Below are positions 24,938 to 33,514 of a stretch of DNA of 64,000 bases, in pieces. How positions within the stretch are numbered: the first letter of the stretch is position 1; every line of letters starts with the position of its first letter. Below the pieces are notes generated by a model that searched no databases, was not told the origin of the DNA, and saw only the letters and a program-made list of their open reading frames with translations. The stretch covers positions 1 to 64,000 of the IMG/VR virus record IMGVR_UViG_3300020411_001722; one strand, 5' to 3'. Origin of the DNA: a virus. Both the position numbers and the translations under genes were made by a program.

Positions 24938-25225
24938 TCATTTGGAGAATTCTGCCTGATAACGATCTTTTGCGTAGTTTACAAATGTTACGATTTGTTT
25001 CGAAATCGCATTGTAAGCAAACTTGAGATCTTTACCTAGTAGATCAACCTCATAGGAGTGGATCTGCCATCTGATGATGATGTCCTTTTTGTAGTCTTCC
25101 AATGTTAAAAGTGGAGTGGGTGCCTTGACTTCAAGGGTTTCAACTACTCCTCTTTTTGCTACCGCTTTCTTCGCTACAGTGGTTTTCTTCGCTGTTGCTG
25201 AAGTTCTTTTGCGGGTTGCTGGCAT
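24938..25225 (-). CDS. Hypothetical protein with K/A-rich N-terminus (MPATRKRTSATAKK..)
   Basis: ORF track 24938..25255; a TATAAT at 25254-25259 suggests the true start is the ATG at 25225. Confidence 0.7.
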   Translation of the reverse strand: MPATRKRTSATAKKTTVAKKAVAKRGVVETLEVKAPTPLLTLEDYKKDIIIRWQIHSYEVDLLGKDLKFAYNAISKQIVTFVNYAKDRYQAEFSK

Positions 25226-25306
25226 AGGATCAGGAATTTCGTTGGACTCGCTCATTATAAAACCTCATTGGGTAATTTGGGTTAAAATCGTAACAAATTG
25301 AAATAA

Positions 25307-25657
25307 TTACATTTTATCTAAATCTTTTCCATGCTTCATTGTACTAATTAAATGGTCAACTTTCTCGCTATAGTTATCATCTTTCATTTCATTCTCCCAT
25401 GCAAAGTATTTCTCTAATTCAGAATATGCTGCGGGACTAACACCTTGTTGGTTATCTTTCTCTGCTAATCTATACACTCTGTACTCACCAATTAGTGATA
25501 ACAAATCAAATACTTCATCCTTAATTGTATCACCTTCAACGTAATTCTCTACTTCAAGTATATAACTTGATAGAGAATCCATCATTAAATCTAACTGTCT
25601 AACAGTTAATCTGTTTTCATTGTTTTCTCTTAACTCTTCAGGAATTTGGTAGGTCAT
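25307..25657 (-). CDS. Hypothetical protein
   Basis: ORF track. Confidence 0.7.
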   Translation of the reverse strand: MTYQIPEELRENNENRLTVRQLDLMMDSLSSYILEVENYVEGDTIKDEVFDLLSLIGEYRVYRLAEKDNQQGVSPAAYSELEKYFAWENEMKDDNYSEKVDHLISTMKHGKDLDKM

Positions 25658-25658
25658 A

Positions 25659-25844
25659 TTATTGAAAGAATGAAAGTTGTCTCTCTAATTCATATTTAAC
25701 ACTTGCAAGATGTTGTTCACAAGCATTATACCATTTGTTATGTTTAAGTATTTCTAAACACGCATCTACCATCTCAAGACAATCTTCTGTCTCTTCATAA
25801 GTATTACCAAACATGCCAAATACTTCTTCTTCGTTGTTATTCAT
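25659..25844 (-). CDS. Hypothetical protein
   Basis: ORF track. Confidence 0.65.
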   Translation of the reverse strand: MNNNEEEVFGMFGNTYEETEDCLEMVDACLEILKHNKWYNACEQHLASVKYELERQLSFFQ

Positions 25845-26017
25845 TTGTCAAAATTCCTCATTGATGAATAGAATTGTTCAGATAATATGTGTTCAATATT
25901 ATCTATCTGATCATCATTAAGTATATCCACATAATGATATATTATTTCTTTTAATAAAGAATCGTCGCTTTTTACAGCATTAAATAACTCTTTCTCTATT
26001 AAATCTTTGGATCTCAT
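25841..26017 (-). CDS. Small hypothetical protein, 58 aa
   Basis: Manual translation MRSKDLIEKELFNAVKSDD...; overlaps neighbours by 1 and 4 nt. Confidence 0.6.
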   Translation of the reverse strand: MRSKDLIEKELFNAVKSDDSLLKEIIYHYVDILNDDQIDNIEHILSEQFYSSMRNFDK

Positions 26018-26232
26018 TAACTCAAACCCCAGTTAATTTGTAGATAATCATCATCATGTACTCTTGAATCTTCATCAATTAAAAATATAAATTCCTCACT
26101 AAAATACTCAGTAGATATACCACCGAGTTCTTCGCATGAGTGCATGATATCATCAATATCTTTTACTCTCCAGAAACCTAACTCCTCAATCAGGAAATCA
26201 ATGTCCTTGATGATCTGTTCGGCAATGTTCAT
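26017..26232 (-). CDS. Acidic hypothetical protein
   Basis: ORF track; first gene after promoter copy 4. Confidence 0.7.
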   Translation of the reverse strand: MNIAEQIIKDIDFLIEELGFWRVKDIDDIMHSCEELGGISTEYFSEEFIFLIDEDSRVHDDDYLQINWGLS

Positions 26233-26256
26233 GGATTTAATTCATTTGATACATGT

Positions 26257-26314
26257 ATTATACTGGTTATCGTAGCATAATACTATTGATGTGTCCAGTA
26301 TATCAAGTGTCACA
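26257..26314 (-). promoter_or_regulatory. Early promoter with 9-6-9 palindrome (copy 4)
   Basis: GTGTCCAGT-atatca-AGTGTCACA at 26291-26314; TATAAT at 26257-26262, 28 nt away. Confidence 0.75.
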
Positions 26315-26558
26315 TATCATTTCGTAATGTATGGCAATACTCTATGATACGCTCCCTTACGTTCATGAGTTCATTGTAACACCTCTGATTATGAGCACAT
26401 GCTCTAAGAGCATTATCAGGTTTATGCACTGACTCAATGAAGAGATCAAGTGCTCTCTGATACTTTATTTCTGGTGCTTCATCATCATGTATGCTATTTT
26501 GATCTTTCATTGCTAATAGGTATTGTTGTAAGAGATAAGGGTACTGATTGTCTGACAT
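26310..26558 (-). CDS. Conserved cyanophage hypothetical protein
   Basis: ORF track; RALDLFIESVHKPD..LR.CAHNQ.CYNELM motif. Confidence 0.75.
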   Translation of the reverse strand: MSDNQYPYLLQQYLLAMKDQNSIHDDEAPEIKYQRALDLFIESVHKPDNALRACAHNQRCYNELMNVRERIIEYCHTLRNDM

Positions 26559-26603
26559 ACTCCCTCGTGCGTGTACGTGCGAGCATATAGGGGCAAATGG
26601 GCA

Positions 26604-27158
26604 TTAGGGCACATTGCTTAATCCTTTTGGATCATGCTCATCTAGTGTGTAGTTTAGATGCCAAATGTATCCTAGACTATACCTAACTGGTGATTTAGTA
26701 GGTGGTAGTCCTTGATGCCATATTGTAGAGTTGAATAAGATCAATCTACCTTGCTTAAATGGTACTCTATAAGTCTCCTCTAGTTCTGTATTATAGAATA
26801 CAGTGTCACCATCACCTACTACTTGATAGATGCCACTGATCCTTGTGTTACTATTAGAATCAGTATGTGGTTGTGCATTTAGTCCTTGTGTCTGACAATT
26901 AAGTAAACACCTATCTAAATGATCTATTTTATAATCTAATAGTATATCATTACATACACATTGATGTAAGTAATCAATAAAGAAAAAGGGTGGACATGGT
27001 GCCACCCATACTTCTCTTTCTACTAAATTACAACCAAAAAACCTACTTGTTTCATAGTCACCATAAGGTGAGTTAGTATATGTAACAGGTACAATAGGTA
27101 TTTCAGATGCAACCTTATCTATTAACCAATCTGGTAAGTAACCATCAATAACTTTCAT
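26604..27158 (-). CDS. 2OG-Fe(II) oxygenase superfamily protein
   Basis: PHTD (HxD), GRLILFNS..WHQG (distal His), RYSL (2OG-binding Arg). Confidence 0.85.
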   Translation of the reverse strand: MKVIDGYLPDWLIDKVASEIPIVPVTYTNSPYGDYETSRFFGCNLVEREVWVAPCPPFFFIDYLHQCVCNDILLDYKIDHLDRCLLNCQTQGLNAQPHTDSNSNTRISGIYQVVGDGDTVFYNTELEETYRVPFKQGRLILFNSTIWHQGLPPTKSPVRYSLGYIWHLNYTLDEHDPKGLSNVP

Positions 27159-27161
27159 ACT

Positions 27162-28379
27162 TTAAACTAATGCTAGAGGGGGAATACCTTTGTTGAAGAT
27201 AGCATCAACTACATTCTGTATTCTACTATGTGTTTTCTTTCCATATGACTTATGTACTGGAATAGTGACATAACCACATGGTTTCTTATACATTGCGAAG
27301 CAACCTGCTGCTACTTCACCATTACGAATTCTTTGTGAATCCTCCTTATGTAGACGTATAACACGACCTACAGTTTGTGCCATCTCAACAACATTTAAGT
27401 TGCGTAATAATATAGAATGAGTTAAACCAGATACATTAATTCCTTCAGATAATATACTGTAATGGAAGATAACAAACTTCTTATTGTTATCTGAACCCCA
27501 CTCATTTAATGTTCTAAAGAACTCAGTACGATTAACTTTAGTTGCATTAACATAAGCACCAAACTTACTGGTAATATGTAATACATCATACCCCTGCTTA
27601 TATAATTCTTTGAGTAGCATTGTCTTAGTAATAATATTACCAAGAATACGAGATGATGGTACTGATACCAATATCTTTGATGCTTGACTCTCAGGTAACG
27701 AATCAACTACATCTTCAATAGTCTTTGCATGATGCACGTGTGCATTTTCACGACTAAAATGTGTATTTGTTTCGTATGTAATTACTTTAGGTGGTATGAT
27801 TGCACCAGACTTGATTAACTCTTGTGCTGGTACTGAAATTAGTATGTCACCATATACATCACTGTTGTTCATACCTCTGTAACTTGAGTTAGAGGTCTTA
27901 GGTGTAGCAGTGAAGAAATATGCTCTAGTAGCAACAACTTGTGCTGTTGGATAAAAGAACTGTTTTGATGTGCTATTATGTGCCTCATCAAAATATATGG
28001 AATCAATATGTATACCTGACTCAACAATCTTATGAAGTGAGTGGTATGTTGTAAAGATTATACGATTATAATCTCTATTTGTATAGTGCCAATCATTGAT
28101 TGCGTCACTATTTGTTGTGTTAATAAATCTTGTTCTGCCTGAATGACAATGAATGACTTTGGCATCAATGTGTGCATCAAAGTCTTCACATAACTGCTGT
28201 GCTAGTAATATTCTAGGTGCAACAACCACAATGGATTGTCTATTAGAAGCACATAGTTGTTGTGCATGTTTAATCATAACAAAAGTCTTACCACCACCTG
28301 TAGGGATGATAACCTGACCTTTATTAGATACAGTCATTGCCTCCAGTGCCCTATTTTGATGTGGACGTAGAGTAATCAC
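27162..28379 (-). CDS. SF2 DEAH-box helicase (ResIII-like)
   Basis: LRPHQ Q-motif, PTGGGKT, DEAH, TATP, SEGIN, QTVGRVIR. Confidence 0.92.
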   Translation of the reverse strand: MITLRPHQNRALEAMTVSNKGQVIIPTGGGKTFVMIKHAQQLCASNRQSIVVVAPRILLAQQLCEDFDAHIDAKVIHCHSGRTRFINTTNSDAINDWHYTNRDYNRIIFTTYHSLHKIVESGIHIDSIYFDEAHNSTSKQFFYPTAQVVATRAYFFTATPKTSNSSYRGMNNSDVYGDILISVPAQELIKSGAIIPPKVITYETNTHFSRENAHVHHAKTIEDVVDSLPESQASKILVSVPSSRILGNIITKTMLLKELYKQGYDVLHITSKFGAYVNATKVNRTEFFRTLNEWGSDNNKKFVIFHYSILSEGINVSGLTHSILLRNLNVVEMAQTVGRVIRLHKEDSQRIRNGEVAAGCFAMYKKPCGYVTIPVHKSYGKKTHSRIQNVVDAIFNKGIPPLALV

Positions 28380-28402
28380 TTAAAACATGAAATAAAGAAC
28401 GG

Positions 28403-28550
28403 GTTGAGGGAACGGGGCATTGACCTAGGTTTCACCTAGATGCCCAAATTTACCTACTGGGAATCGCTTACACCTGAACCCCTACTACTCATATCTTAGT
28501 AGGATAACCCCACAAATGAGTTTCGGGCAGTAGAACCGTTATCCCTCAAC
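28403..28550 (-). ncRNA. Structured ncRNA ~148 nt (candidate manA-like cyanophage RNA motif)
   Basis: Terminal helix GTTGAGGGA(TA)ACG/CGTTCCCTCAAC; inner helices CTACTG/CAGTAG, CTACT/AGTAG and GGGCAT-CTAGGT-GAAA-CCTAG..ATGCCC; TATAAT promoter 6 nt upstream. Family name is from memory, not searched. Confidence 0.7.
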
Positions 28551-28556
28551 AAATAT

Positions 28557-28615
28557 ATTATAGACCAAACATGACCTGTTCCAACAGTGAGTGTGCTGGT
28601 TCCTCATCTGGCACA
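28557..28615 (-). promoter_or_regulatory. Early promoter with 9-6-9 palindrome (copy 5), embedded in the MTase 3' end, driving the ncRNA/helicase
   Basis: TGTGCTGGT-tcctca-TCTGGCACA at 28592-28615; TTGGAA at 28579-28584; TATAAT at 28557-28562, 29 nt from the palindrome. Confidence 0.7.
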
Positions 28616-29508
28616 CGCTGTTGTATCAACTCACCATATCCCTCGTGCAGTTCACAACCAATATAATCTCTACCCAACTCACGTGCCACCATAGCAGTGG
28701 TACCTGATCCCATGAATGGATCTAGTACAATATCCCCTTCCTCGCTTCCTGCCTTGATACAGGGTTCAATCAGATCAGGTGGATAACATGCGAAGTGTGC
28801 ACCTTTATATGGTTTATTGGTCACTGACCAGACAGAGCGTTTATTCTTTGTTGGATATGATTTCGTAAGACCTGAATGTGGTTGTAGTCCTGATCCTTCG
28901 TTGTGATACTTTCCTTTTGTTCTGTCTCTGGTTCCCCAGTCTTTTGCTGGTTCTTTGATTGCTTCATTGTTATAGTAATATTTTCTATTCTTACTCAATA
29001 AGAAGATATATTCATGTGACTTAGTACATCTATCTCTTACTGACTCTGGCATAGGATTTGGTTTATGCCATATAATATCTTGCCTTAAATACCATCCATC
29101 TGCTCTTAATGCAAATGCTAACATCCAAGGTATACCAATTAAATCTTTTTCTTTGAGTCCTTCGAGTCTGTTTCCTCTACGAGGACACACATCTGGTAGG
29201 TCTTGCTTAGTAGTTGATACTGTTTGTTTTGCCAGTCCTTGTCCTCTGCCTGGTCTGTAATTATAGTAAGAATCGCCAATATTAACCCAAAGAGTTCCAT
29301 CATCTGTGAGCACATTTTTCACCTCCCTGAATACCTTCACCAGTTCATCAATATATTCCTCTGGTGTTTGCTCTTGACCTATTTGTTCACCTTCTCCACC
29401 ATAATCACGTAATCCATAATAAGGTGGTGATGTAACACACATACGTGCTTTCTCATCAAATTGTGATAATGTCTCTCGACAATCACCAAATAATACTGTA
29501 TTTCGCAT
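28558..29508 (-). CDS. DNA N4-cytosine/N6-adenine methyltransferase (beta class)
   Basis: TSPPY catalytic motif N-terminal and VLDPFMGSGTT SAM-binding motif C-terminal. Confidence 0.95.
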   Translation of the reverse strand: MRNTVLFGDCRETLSQFDEKARMCVTSPPYYGLRDYGGEGEQIGQEQTPEEYIDELVKVFREVKNVLTDDGTLWVNIGDSYYNYRPGRGQGLAKQTVSTTKQDLPDVCPRRGNRLEGLKEKDLIGIPWMLAFALRADGWYLRQDIIWHKPNPMPESVRDRCTKSHEYIFLLSKNRKYYYNNEAIKEPAKDWGTRDRTKGKYHNEGSGLQPHSGLTKSYPTKNKRSVWSVTNKPYKGAHFACYPPDLIEPCIKAGSEEGDIVLDPFMGSGTTAMVARELGRDYIGCELHEGYGELIQQRVPDEEPAHSLLEQVMFGL

Positions 29509-29849
29509 TAGCGTTTTTTGACTGGTGGTAACATGTCATTTCCTGGATGATCTCCTACAGGTCTCCAGTAATTACGTTTGTTTTGGAAGTGTTGATCCTC
29601 AATTTCAAGTTCATCCCAAGCACACTCAGGACATACAACATTAACCTCATTCCATTTACTTTTAGCATGTTGAGCAACCTCTGGTGGTTTCTCCCAACGG
29701 TGAATACATATGGTTATGTACTCGTCACTTATGAAATTAATATAACCTTCTTCACCTCTCCAGCGTACTCTTCTACCCTTTTCGAGTGATTTAAGAATGT
29801 TCCTTAACTCCAACGCAACTGCCTCCGATAATAGAATAGGTATGGTCAT
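29508..29849 (-). CDS. Hypothetical protein
   Basis: ORF track; G.INFI..EYITICI motif. Confidence 0.7.
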   Translation of the reverse strand: MTIPILLSEAVALELRNILKSLEKGRRVRWRGEEGYINFISDEYITICIHRWEKPPEVAQHAKSKWNEVNVVCPECAWDELEIEDQHFQNKRNYWRPVGDHPGNDMLPPVKKR

Positions 29850-30385
29850 TATGTCAACTTAATGTAACGGTTCTCTAACTCTGGTGGAATCGGATCTGTC
29901 TCACCTATGAATATATCCATTGCCATACTGATCCGTATATTATCTGTAGGATTCTCAGGTACACCATGCTGCATCTCACTAGGAAATACTGTCATCTCAC
30001 CTATACAGTTCTTATACTTCACACGCTCATACCACGTGCCTATCTCAGGGTCACCACGTAAGAATATATTAGCAGAGGTGTGACCTCTACCATGTGCATG
30101 TGGTTTAATACCTTCACCCTTCCTAAATGTATTTGCCCAACACTGAACAGTACATTTACCAAAGATTGCAATTAACTTAGGTACAACAATAGATTTAACT
30201 GGATCATCCTTTAAGTAGTTATAACACCAATGCCTACCAGATAATGAGTCAGGTGCAACTTGACCTTTACCTTTAAATACATCATCACCCATTGCTTTAA
30301 CATCATCCTCAATGTCAAGTATATGGTCAGCAATAATATTACTCTCAATAGAGGTTAAGAAATCGTAAGAAGTAATAGCAGTCAT
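29849..30385 (-). CDS. 2OG-Fe(II) oxygenase-like protein
   Basis: WAN..PHAH..GEMTVFPS..QHGV..RISMAMD. Confidence 0.85.
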   Translation of the reverse strand: MTAITSYDFLTSIESNIIADHILDIEDDVKAMGDDVFKGKGQVAPDSLSGRHWCYNYLKDDPVKSIVVPKLIAIFGKCTVQCWANTFRKGEGIKPHAHGRGHTSANIFLRGDPEIGTWYERVKYKNCIGEMTVFPSEMQHGVPENPTDNIRISMAMDIFIGETDPIPPELENRYIKLT

Positions 30386-31011
30386 AATGTTAGTAAATTA
30401 GTAAAGTCTCCATATGAACCATCCAACCAATAATTAAATGCTACAGAGTAACGGTGTTCATGTGATGTATTAGGTGCAACTGAATGTACACATGTAGATG
30501 GAAATAATGCTATCAATCCGTTTCTAGGTTTTATTGCCCATTCACTAGAATTTAATAGATTCATCTCATTTAATTTTGGCATGAATACTGGACTAATATA
30601 TGTTGGGTGATTAGTATCATTATGAAATGATAAATTACCTGAATTCTCATTGCATTGAATATATATTACCCCACTATAAAGACTATGAGCATGACTGTGA
30701 CTATGTGCACTATCACCATTTAAATGTCTAGTTGCCCATGAGCATGTATGTCTCAATGTATATTTTCTATCTACTGATAATTCACCATGTACAAAGAAGT
30801 CTAAATGTTTCTCAACTATTGCTCTAAGTTCTGGTATATTTTCTAATACTGTTTGACTCTCTGTACATGCACCATTATATTGTTTAATATCATCAATATA
30901 ATCTAAATCTTTAACACGTTGGAGTATTTCTGGTGTGATTATATCTTGTGCAAGATATAATGGTGTGGAGAACATAGGCATGATCTCCCATTTATCTGAG
31001 GGTGGTTTCAT
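30382..31011 (-). CDS. TIGR02466-family 2OG-Fe(II) oxygenase
   Basis: MFSTP, HSHAHSLYSGVIY, LFPS..HSV, RYSVAFN. Confidence 0.88.
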   Translation of the reverse strand: MKPPSDKWEIMPMFSTPLYLAQDIITPEILQRVKDLDYIDDIKQYNGACTESQTVLENIPELRAIVEKHLDFFVHGELSVDRKYTLRHTCSWATRHLNGDSAHSHSHAHSLYSGVIYIQCNENSGNLSFHNDTNHPTYISPVFMPKLNEMNLLNSSEWAIKPRNGLIALFPSTCVHSVAPNTSHEHRYSVAFNYWLDGSYGDFTNLLTL

Positions 31012-31136
31012 AATATACGTTGTGCTAATGATCTAGCATGTGCATTGTGTTCAAGTAATTTGTGCATCCATATTCTCTCTTCGAGAGTAACAGTACGTTG
31101 CAACTTAATTCTATATAATATTTCACATAACCTCAA
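31008..31136 (-). CDS. Small hypothetical protein, 42 aa (TTG start)
   Basis: Manual translation (M)RLCEILYRIKLQRTVTLEERIWMHKLLEHN..; fills the gap. Confidence 0.5.
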   Translation of the reverse strand: MRLCEILYRIKLQRTVTLEERIWMHKLLEHNAHARSLAQRIL

Positions 31137-31137
31137 C

Positions 31138-31797
31138 CTATATTCCCTGCTTAACATAATTCCAATCTGGTTCTCGATATGAATCCATTATTAATCGTCT
31201 AGTAGGTGCACTAAAGTCACCACACAACATAATATTAAAACCTAGAGAATATCTATCCTCAGTATTATTATTAATACCAGTATAATGATCTACATGAGAT
31301 GGAAAACATACAATCATACCATTCTCAGGTCTAATATTCCATTTACGACTGTTCTGTATATTATCCTCCCACACTGGTGGATCTAATGTACCTGTATTCC
31401 ATGTAGCATGATTATATGATGCTTCAAATATAAGATCCCCACTATCTTCTGGAACATCAAGATATAAACAACCAGTGAACATACTATTTGTATGTCCATG
31501 TCTATTAGCACTATGACCTGTAGGATGTTTGTTAACCCAACTACACACAATATCCATGTGCATATGATCCTCAATTGCTAAGAATTTATAGATATATTCT
31601 GCACAATGTTCAATGCAAAGTTGTTTTAAATCTGGATATTTCTCCAGTATTTGTTCATCAACTGTACAACTTCCATCTAATTGTTTAGGATAGTCATGAT
31701 ATTCTTCATTCTTGATATCATCAAGAGTTTTTCTTGATATTCTATTTTCATATGTTCTAACCGATAATGGTGTAGAAAATAGTGGGAATACTTCCAT
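31138..31797 (-). CDS. TIGR02466-family 2OG-Fe(II) oxygenase
   Basis: LFSTP, HGHTNSMFTGCLY, FPSHVDH, RYSLGFN. Confidence 0.88.
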   Translation of the reverse strand: MEVFPLFSTPLSVRTYENRISRKTLDDIKNEEYHDYPKQLDGSCTVDEQILEKYPDLKQLCIEHCAEYIYKFLAIEDHMHMDIVCSWVNKHPTGHSANRHGHTNSMFTGCLYLDVPEDSGDLIFEASYNHATWNTGTLDPPVWEDNIQNSRKWNIRPENGMIVCFPSHVDHYTGINNNTEDRYSLGFNIMLCGDFSAPTRRLIMDSYREPDWNYVKQGI

Positions 31798-32039
31798 TAT
31801 GTTTCTGGATGTCTGTGTACATTCTTAAGTGGTGAATCATACCGTAGATGCAGCACTTCACCTATTTCCATGATATAATCCTTTTCTTCCTGTGTTAGTT
31901 CACCATGCTTCTGGTGTAAATCCTTAATCAGTAATAATACTGCTTTCTTAAGCAATCCCTTAGCACCCTTTGTAATATATGGACTATGAAGTCCTAAAGG
32001 ATAAGTTGTCATAGTGTAACTCCCAGTGTTTTGACCCAT
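31797..32039 (-). CDS. Hypothetical protein
   Basis: ORF track. Confidence 0.6.
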   Translation of the reverse strand: MGQNTGSYTMTTYPLGLHSPYITKGAKGLLKKAVLLLIKDLHQKHGELTQEEKDYIMEIGEVLHLRYDSPLKNVHRHPET

Positions 32040-32063
32040 ATTATATCTATAAGAACCCCCCAG

Positions 32064-32777
32064 TCAAATGTTTATGTTGGTAAGAGTATATTCCCTACGA
32101 TCTGACTGTGGCATATCTAAACCATGCCACAACGGAATACTCATACTCAAACGAGCATTTTTGGACGGATGGGCACAGTGATAACTGCGGGATGGTATGT
32201 ATATCATATCACCTGGTGTCAAGACCACATCCATTAATGGTTCACCTAAGTATGATTCATCACCATTGAATATAAATGAACCATGTTTAATCAGTGTGCT
32301 ACACCTCTCATTATATACTTTCCAGTGTGTCTCACCTATGAGTTGCATAATAAAATTTGATGGTTGATCCCAGTGTATATTAAATGACTTAGATCCCTTA
32401 CCAGTAGCACCATACAAATGTATATCACAATGTATATCAAATGTTTTCTCTATTTTATCTAACAACTCATCACAATGTCTATTGTGGTGACCATACATTC
32501 CTATAACAAATGTATCATTATTATTAACATGTTTAAATATCTCATCTTTCCTAGGATGTTGAGCATTTAACCATGTTTCTGTTGCTTGTGCAAGATGAAC
32601 CTTATTACTCTTCTTATCTAATATTTCAACATGATAGTTCCAAGGATTGTTGAGACAATCCTGTACATCCTTCCATGTAGCATAGTCCTCTGGTGTGTCG
32701 CATACCTTCTCAAATACTAAAGGTACATCACCAACATAATAATGTTCAGGATTTAGAAAGGTAGTTGAAATGGACAT
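32064..32777 (-). CDS. JmjC/cupin_4-family oxygenase
   Basis: SFNIHWD..NFIMQLIGETHWKVY..LTPGDMIYIP..YH..RLSMS, a ROX/cupin_4 pattern. Confidence 0.85.
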   Translation of the reverse strand: MSISTTFLNPEHYYVGDVPLVFEKVCDTPEDYATWKDVQDCLNNPWNYHVEILDKKSNKVHLAQATETWLNAQHPRKDEIFKHVNNNDTFVIGMYGHHNRHCDELLDKIEKTFDIHCDIHLYGATGKGSKSFNIHWDQPSNFIMQLIGETHWKVYNERCSTLIKHGSFIFNGDESYLGEPLMDVVLTPGDMIYIPSRSYHCAHPSKNARLSMSIPLWHGLDMPQSDRREYTLTNINI

Positions 32778-33514
32778 TTACCCTCCTCATCTTTATTCAA
32801 TCTGTTCATAATAATACTCCATGATTTAAATGGTTGCCAGTCCTTAAACTCTCTGTCTTGCCACAATCTTCTAACCATGTCCTTACCTTCAGGTATAGAT
32901 CTCTCTAACCTGAAATCACTGGTCTTATGTGGCATGTCATCAAAGAATCGAACAGTACATAATGGTTCACCACGTCTAATAAGTATATCCTTATCAAAAG
33001 TCTTAATGACCATACCTATAGTCATAGGTCTTAACCAATTTGATATTGGAAAATGACCTGACACTACTTCAAAATTATGTTGTGATGGGTGTCCAGTAAA
33101 CTCTACCCATACCTTCTTATGCTTAGTCCAGAATAAATGTAAGTATTGTATCTCTACCTCTGGATACTCTCCATCCCACCATCCATTTCTAACTTGAAAT
33201 AATCTATTAAACTGATCCTGACCATTACATTTATCAGAACCAATCATCTTATTCGTACTATCAATACGAAAATGTATATCAATAGGTGTATACAATGTAT
33301 ATCTATTCTTCATCCAACTCTTATTTGCTGGACAATGATAGTGGTCATGTGTATTGTCTAGATCATCCCTATGTGGTGTAGGTTCAATAATATAATCATC
33401 AGGAAATGTAGGACGTTGAAAATCCTCCCAACCTGAGATACCCAACCTACCTTGTGTACTATCAGGGATAGTTGATGTCCAATTAATTACTTTACTCATG
33501 TGCGTTACCATCAA
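32753..33514 (-). CDS. Hypothetical protein, dUTPase-like beta-clip fold (DUF6065-like)
   Basis: CPA..P.D, G.F.I..W.RP and RRGEPL..VRF pattern. Confidence 0.55.
   Translation of the reverse strand: MMVTHMSKVINWTSTIPDSTQGRLGISGWEDFQRPTFPDDYIIEPTPHRDDLDNTHDHYHCPANKSWMKNRYTLYTPIDIHFRIDSTNKMIGSDKCNGQDQFNRLFQVRNGWWDGEYPEVEIQYLHLFWTKHKKVWVEFTGHPSQHNFEVVSGHFPISNWLRPMTIGMVIKTFDKDILIRRGEPLCTVRFFDDMPHKTSDFRLERSIPEGKDMVRRLWQDREFKDWQPFKSWSIIMNRLNKDEEGKCPFQLPF

Noticed and set aside
25289-25312. GTA..TAC as an NtcA site
   Set aside because: Spacing is not GTA-N8-TAC; at most a very degenerate copy of the early palindrome.
28403-28550. tRNA, tmRNA or group I intron
   Set aside because: No cloverleaf, T-loop or CCA end, no tag ORF, too short for an intron, and it does not interrupt a gene.
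27162-29508. Functional Type III restriction-modification system
   Set aside because: The 405-aa helicase lacks a visible nuclease domain and the two genes are separated by a promoter; solitary MTases and this helicase type are common in cyanophages.
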